Positions 56,134 to 59,798 of a stretch of 59,798 nucleotides of DNA are shown piece by piece. This DNA comes from a virus. Lineage: Duplodnaviria > Caudoviricetes. The position numbers and the translations under genes are program-made. The stretch lies in IMG/VR virus record IMGVR_UViG_3300027805_000015, positions 1-59,798 of that record; one strand, given 5' to 3'. Under the pieces are notes generated by a model. The model did not search any database. It was not told the origin of the DNA and saw only the letters and a list, made by a program, of their open reading frames with translations. The first letter of the stretch is position 1, and each line of letters opens with the position of its first letter.

Positions 56134-56556
56134 ATGCTTTACGAATACAAAGCCGAATTAGTCAAAGTAATCGACGGCGATACAATCGAAGTCGATTTTG
56201 ATTTGGGCTTTGGCGTTTGGCTCAAAAATCAAAGAATCCGATTGGCTGGTATTGACACCCCAGAAATTAGAACCTCTGATAAGGAGATGAAAGCTATGGG
56301 CAAAGCAGCATTGGCGGGTTTGATTGACGTTCTTGATGACTATTCTGGCCCAGTTATCATTCGCACAGAGATTGATCCCGACGACAAGTTTGGCCGCATC
56401 TTAGGTCATGTCCAAACAGGAGGGGGAATTGATGTGAACAAGTGGATGGTTCAGCGCAACTACGCTGTTGCTTACGACGGCAAGAGCAAGGTTAACCTTG
56501 AACAACTCCACAAGCAAAACGCCATTAAGCTAAGAGAAAGGGGCGAGATACCTTAA
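56134..56556 (+). CDS. Thermonuclease (SNase-like)
   Basis: VIDGDT, RIRLAGIDTPE, DKFGRILG. Confidence 0.88.
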   Translation: MLYEYKAELVKVIDGDTIEVDFDLGFGVWLKNQRIRLAGIDTPEIRTSDKEMKAMGKAALAGLIDVLDDYSGPVIIRTEIDPDDKFGRILGHVQTGGGIDVNKWMVQRNYAVAYDGKSKVNLEQLHKQNAIKLRERGEIP

Positions 56557-56560
56557 TTTT

Positions 56561-56782
56561 ATGAAAATTAAAATCGAAGTAGACGAAGACATGATGGACG
56601 GCATCATCGTTTCCAGCATCACTAATTCCATTGATTGTATTGAAGCCGACATCAAACGTCTCAAAAGCAAGAAAGGTCTCAAGGCATACGAAAAGGAAGA
56701 CTTGAAGTACCACGTTTTGAATCTTGACTCTCTTAAAAGGACTAGATACTATTTCGGTGGGCAAAAGTATTATTACGAATAA
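56561..56782 (+). CDS. Hypothetical protein
   Basis: ORF. Confidence 0.55.
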   Translation: MKIKIEVDEDMMDGIIVSSITNSIDCIEADIKRLKSKKGLKAYEKEDLKYHVLNLDSLKRTRYYFGGQKYYYE

Positions 56783-56787
56783 AAAAT

Positions 56788-57060
56788 ATGGCGACCAAAT
56801 TCGACGAGAAGCTAATCAAAGAAATCGTTGGTTCGCCACATAATTATTGGCTTACCGTCAAAGCGTCAAAAGATATCAAGGTTGAGATTGACATTTGCAG
56901 AGTTGTAGATTGGAATTGGGACTTGCCCAAGGCTCGCCCAACGCTAAAGCAAGCAATGCAAGATATTGTCGCTCACGCTTACTGGATGGGGCGAGAAGAA
57001 GAAAGAAAGCTTTATTCCAATACTTTAAAGAGAATGATCGATGGCAAACTTGATACTTGA
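56788..57060 (+). CDS. Hypothetical protein
   Basis: ORF. Confidence 0.55.
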   Translation: MATKFDEKLIKEIVGSPHNYWLTVKASKDIKVEIDICRVVDWNWDLPKARPTLKQAMQDIVAHAYWMGREEERKLYSNTLKRMIDGKLDT

Positions 57061-57091
57061 CTAATATCGCTACTTAGTAAAAACACAAGAA

Positions 57092-57289
57092 ATGAAAACG
57101 TTTCCTGAACATCCATTCGTTGAAGGTGACAGACTTGTTCACGTTAAAAGTGGACAACTCGCCACATTCACTGGTACTCGCAAGGAAGTCAAAGGATGCG
57201 ATTTCGATTTCTTTGATTTTGACAACGGGTCTTGTTGCTTCTTTTCTCCCTGCGAAGTTGCCGAGGAATTCAAACCATTAGCCAAATAA
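57092..57289 (+). CDS. Hypothetical protein
   Basis: ORF with TTGACT 35 nt upstream. Confidence 0.55.
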   Translation: MKTFPEHPFVEGDRLVHVKSGQLATFTGTRKEVKGCDFDFFDFDNGSCCFFSPCEVAEEFKPLAK

Positions 57290-57322
57290 AAAATATCAAC
57301 AATAGACCATAGTATAAGCGCA

Positions 57323-57820
57323 ATGAAAAAGAAAACAGACGCAGAAACTATCGAGTATTACAAGAACGAAGTTAAGCGACTTCATAATCAGCTTAATTTT
57401 AAGTTTCAATCTGATCCCGTAGCTCATCGCGCTTCTATCAAAGAAGATCAACGGCTTTATCGTAAGGTAGGTAAGAAGTTCGTGCCAGATAATGACCCTT
57501 ATGCTTATGAGGGGCTTCGCAATGGCTTTTGGCTAATTCACATTAAGGATGGTTCTACCTCTATTCGCCAAGAGATTTATCCAGACAAGGCGCACATCTC
57601 TGCTGCTGCTCGCGTAATGGAAGATAAGCTGGTTGAAATTATTCGCAAGGCTGGAGAGGCTCGGCCCACAAAGACCCCTCTTACTGAGGAAGAAAAGAAG
57701 GACTGGGATAAGTTTATCAAGAAGCACGGCGAAGCTTTCAATATGCTTACTTATCCTTCTATGCAAGAGAATGCTGAAAAGATTGTTGCAGCTTTGCTCG
57801 GTAATGAGGTACAGCCGTGA
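57323..57820 (+). CDS. Hypothetical protein
   Basis: LYRKVGKKFVP...GFWLI phage-type motif. Confidence 0.6.
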   Translation: MKKKTDAETIEYYKNEVKRLHNQLNFKFQSDPVAHRASIKEDQRLYRKVGKKFVPDNDPYAYEGLRNGFWLIHIKDGSTSIRQEIYPDKAHISAAARVMEDKLVEIIRKAGEARPTKTPLTEEEKKDWDKFIKKHGEAFNMLTYPSMQENAEKIVAALLGNEVQP

Positions 57821-57969
57821 ACGAATCTCCTAAATGGCCTACTCTGGAAGACCGAATTAAAAACAAATTAAATTCTACGGAAGAGGCTATCCGTCAATTA
57901 AAAAACACTGTAGAGATTTCTCCTATCGCACAAGAGATTTTAGATCGCGCAGAAAAAAAACATGAATAA
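57817..57969 (+). CDS. Small hypothetical protein (50 aa, not in the ORF track)
   Basis: GTGA overlap with the upstream stop; fills the gap to the sigma gene. Confidence 0.4.
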   Translation: MNESPKWPTLEDRIKNKLNSTEEAIRQLKNTVEISPIAQEILDRAEKKHE

Positions 57970-58555
57970 TGTTGCAGCCTGTCTTTCAAAAGTTCGCAAG
58001 GGCAACCAAGAAGCTGCGCGTGAATTGGTTGAGTACCTTCAGCCAATGGTTACTAAAATTGTGCGGGCTCGCCGCCCTTGGCGAGCAGCAGAGGAAGACT
58101 TAATTCAAGAAGTTTACAAAAAGGTTTTCGTAAGACTGAAGCAGTACAAGAAAGAAGTTCCTTTTCATCACTGGGTTTCTCGCGTTGCTGTCTCCACTTG
58201 CATCGATGCTTTGCGCTATCAAAAGCGCAGGCCAGAATACAGGTGGGCAGATATGTCAGAGACTGAAGCAGAAACTGTTGAAAGTAATCTTCTAGATCAG
58301 CAGGCCGAATCTCCGAAAGGTCTTTCAGTAGACTCTGAGGTCATTCATAGTTTTATTTCTAAATTAAAAGTTAATGACCAAAAGGTGATTCGTTTGTTTT
58401 ATTTTGAGCACAAAAACAGCGAAGAGATCGCCGCTTTGACTGGATGGAGCGAACCTACCATAAAAGTAAAAGCTTTTCGCGCCAGAAGTAGATTGAAAAA
58501 TCTTCTCATAGAGAATAATATTTTAGATAAAGCTGGCCGCATGGTGGAACGGTAG
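57962..58555 (+). CDS. ECF-type RNA polymerase sigma factor
   Basis: Region 2 (AEEDLIQEVY...FHHWVSRVAVSTCID) and region 4 (LFYFE...EEIAALTGWS..TIKVKAFRAR). Confidence 0.9.
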   Translation: MNNVAACLSKVRKGNQEAARELVEYLQPMVTKIVRARRPWRAAEEDLIQEVYKKVFVRLKQYKKEVPFHHWVSRVAVSTCIDALRYQKRRPEYRWADMSETEAETVESNLLDQQAESPKGLSVDSEVIHSFISKLKVNDQKVIRLFYFEHKNSEEIAALTGWSEPTIKVKAFRARSRLKNLLIENNILDKAGRMVER

Positions 58556-58557
58556 AC
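58535..58557 (+). pseudogene. 5' remnant of a Leu/Ser-type tRNA
   Basis: GGCCGCA-TGGTGGAACGGTAGAC forms an acceptor 5' strand plus D-arm, with no anticodon or T arm following. Confidence 0.5.
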
Positions 58558-58591
58558 TATTCGATATACAGTTCTATCCCTCTTCCATTCT

Positions 58592-58598
58592 GTGTAAA
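58592..58598 (+). promoter_or_regulatory. GTGTAAW putative late promoter
   Basis: 14 nt upstream of the HNH ATG. Confidence 0.55.
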
Positions 58599-58605
58599 TC
58601 TCTAT

Positions 58606-59049
58606 ATGAGAAAATATAGAGAATATTCAGATCAAGACATAATCAACAATTCAAAAAACGTTAAGTCAATCGCTGGACTTTTAAAAAGTTTAAATTTAGC
58701 TGCCGTTGGCGGCAACTACAAAAACATAAAAAGATTAATTCAGAAGCTCAACATTGACACCTCTCATTGGACGGGTCAAGGTTGGAACAAAGATCAGCGA
58801 ACAAAAGATTGGTCTAAATACACAAAAGCTTTTCGTTTTAAAAAACATTTAATTAGCGAAAAAGGCCACAAATGCGAATCTTGCGACTTGACACATTGGA
58901 AAAAAGAACTAATCTCTTTAGAAATTCACCATATTGATGGCGACGCATCAAACAACGAAAAAAATAATCTTCAGTTACTTTGTCCCAATTGTCACTCCTT
59001 AACAGACAATTATAGGGGAAGAAAAAACAAAAGCGGTGATATGGCGTAA
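58606..59049 (+). CDS. HNH homing endonuclease
   Basis: IDTSHWTGQGW...CESC...LEIHHIDG...NN...NLQLLCPNCHS. Confidence 0.88.
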   Translation: MRKYREYSDQDIINNSKNVKSIAGLLKSLNLAAVGGNYKNIKRLIQKLNIDTSHWTGQGWNKDQRTKDWSKYTKAFRFKKHLISEKGHKCESCDLTHWKKELISLEIHHIDGDASNNEKNNLQLLCPNCHSLTDNYRGRKNKSGDMA

Positions 59050-59119
59050 TGGTAGCCGCAAAAGTCTTAAAAACTTTTGGATTAAATCCGTCTGGGTTCG
59101 AGTCCCAGTATCACCACCA
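59035..59119 (+). tRNA. tRNA-Leu(UAA)
   Basis: GGTGATA/TATCACC, AAAGT-CTTAAAA-ACTTT, long variable arm, GTTCGAGT, CCA. Confidence 0.9.
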
Positions 59120-59123
59120 ATTT

Positions 59124-59339
59124 ATGAATCATTCAATTAGAAATCAACCTATCTTCAGACCAGAGACTAACAGGGAAGTCCATATGGAAGATGTGACGCG
59201 AATGAAGCTTGCTCTTATGAAAGAGATGGCTTGTTCTGATATTAGTATGGGCATTGAGGACGAAAACAAATTTTACAATAGCTTATCTTTTTTTCTGGAA
59301 GAGTCATTCAATTGGCCCGATTATAAAAGCTACAATTAA
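59124..59339 (+). CDS. Hypothetical protein
   Basis: ATG just after the tRNA-Leu CCA. Confidence 0.55.
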   Translation: MNHSIRNQPIFRPETNREVHMEDVTRMKLALMKEMACSDISMGIEDENKFYNSLSFFLEESFNWPDYKSYN

Positions 59340-59341
59340 TT

Positions 59342-59593
59342 ATGGGATGTGACAAATACCGTCTAAACGAAAACATCATTGCGTTCTCTGAACTAAATGA
59401 TGATGTTGGCTGTCTTTGCACTTTTGCAAATGACAACAGTTATACCCTAGCTCCAGAAACAGTTCGTTCGCTTGCTTATCTCGGCGCAACTGTAATTTTG
59501 TTGCATCACAAAGAAATTGACCATGGATTCATCCCAAGCTGCTTGCCAGACTGGATCAAAAAAGATATCGACCGCATTGTTTTAAACAAATAA
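59342..59593 (+). CDS. Hypothetical protein
   Basis: ORF. Confidence 0.5.
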   Translation: MGCDKYRLNENIIAFSELNDDVGCLCTFANDNSYTLAPETVRSLAYLGATVILLHHKEIDHGFIPSCLPDWIKKDIDRIVLNK

Positions 59594-59595
59594 AA

Positions 59596-59798
59596 ATGAA
59601 AGCCACCCTAGAATTTAATTTACCGGAAGATAGGGCAGAGCATCTTCGCGCCGTTCACGCTGGCGCAGCTTGGTGCGCGTTGTATGAGCTAGATAACCGG
59701 CTGCGAAATCTAATCAAGTACGGAACCTCCAAGGATAGTTCCTATGAACAAGAACTGTCCGAGATTCGCAGAGAGATTAATGAAACTACTTCTCTTAT
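59596..59798 (+). CDS. Conserved phage protein (truncated by window edge)
   Basis: MKATLEFNLPED...LRNLIKY motif. Confidence 0.6.
   Translation, partial: MKATLEFNLPEDRAEHLRAVHAGAAWCALYELDNRLRNLIKYGTSKDSSYEQELSEIRREINETTSL

Noticed and set aside
59049-59123. N-terminal 25 aa of ORF 59049-59339
   Set aside because: It lies within tRNA-Leu; the real start is probably ATG 59124.
1-59798. Stop-codon reassignment
   Set aside because: Genes are full-length and densely packed in the standard code; TAA, TGA and TAG all end genes; no suppressor tRNA seen.

Overview
A 60 kb segment of a large, AT-rich, tailed dsDNA phage genome in the standard genetic code, with no integrase or host-type operons in the window. 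From 1 to 27.9 kb on the + strand lie sugar-nucleotide and glycosyltransferase genes, ThyX, RecA, DnaB, primase, a RecB-like nuclease, a Pol III alpha split into three genes (PHP, DnaQ, DnaE core), ClpC, a LamG-repeat fibre module and class Ia NrdAB. From 27.9 to 39.5 kb on the - strand is a lambda-like tail-tip operon (L-K-I-J) with PA14, vWA and Ig insertions and a J gene split in two. From 39.5 to 59.8 kb on the + strand is an early/accessory region: a deaminase, a T4 BGT-like glycosyltransferase, UvsE, rIIA/rIIB, five tRNAs with three abutting HNH genes, an ECF sigma factor and many small ORFs. The ECF sigma and Ig domain suggest a Verrucomicrobia-like host (inference). The most unusual observations are: a uvsE gene that avoids purine runs on its coding strand, so its template strand is poor in UV-dimer sites; the split tail-tip J; two promoter classes placed for leaderless mRNAs; and HNH genes overlapping or abutting tRNA ends. 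All calls come from motif recognition by eye; no database searches were run, and counts are hand counts.
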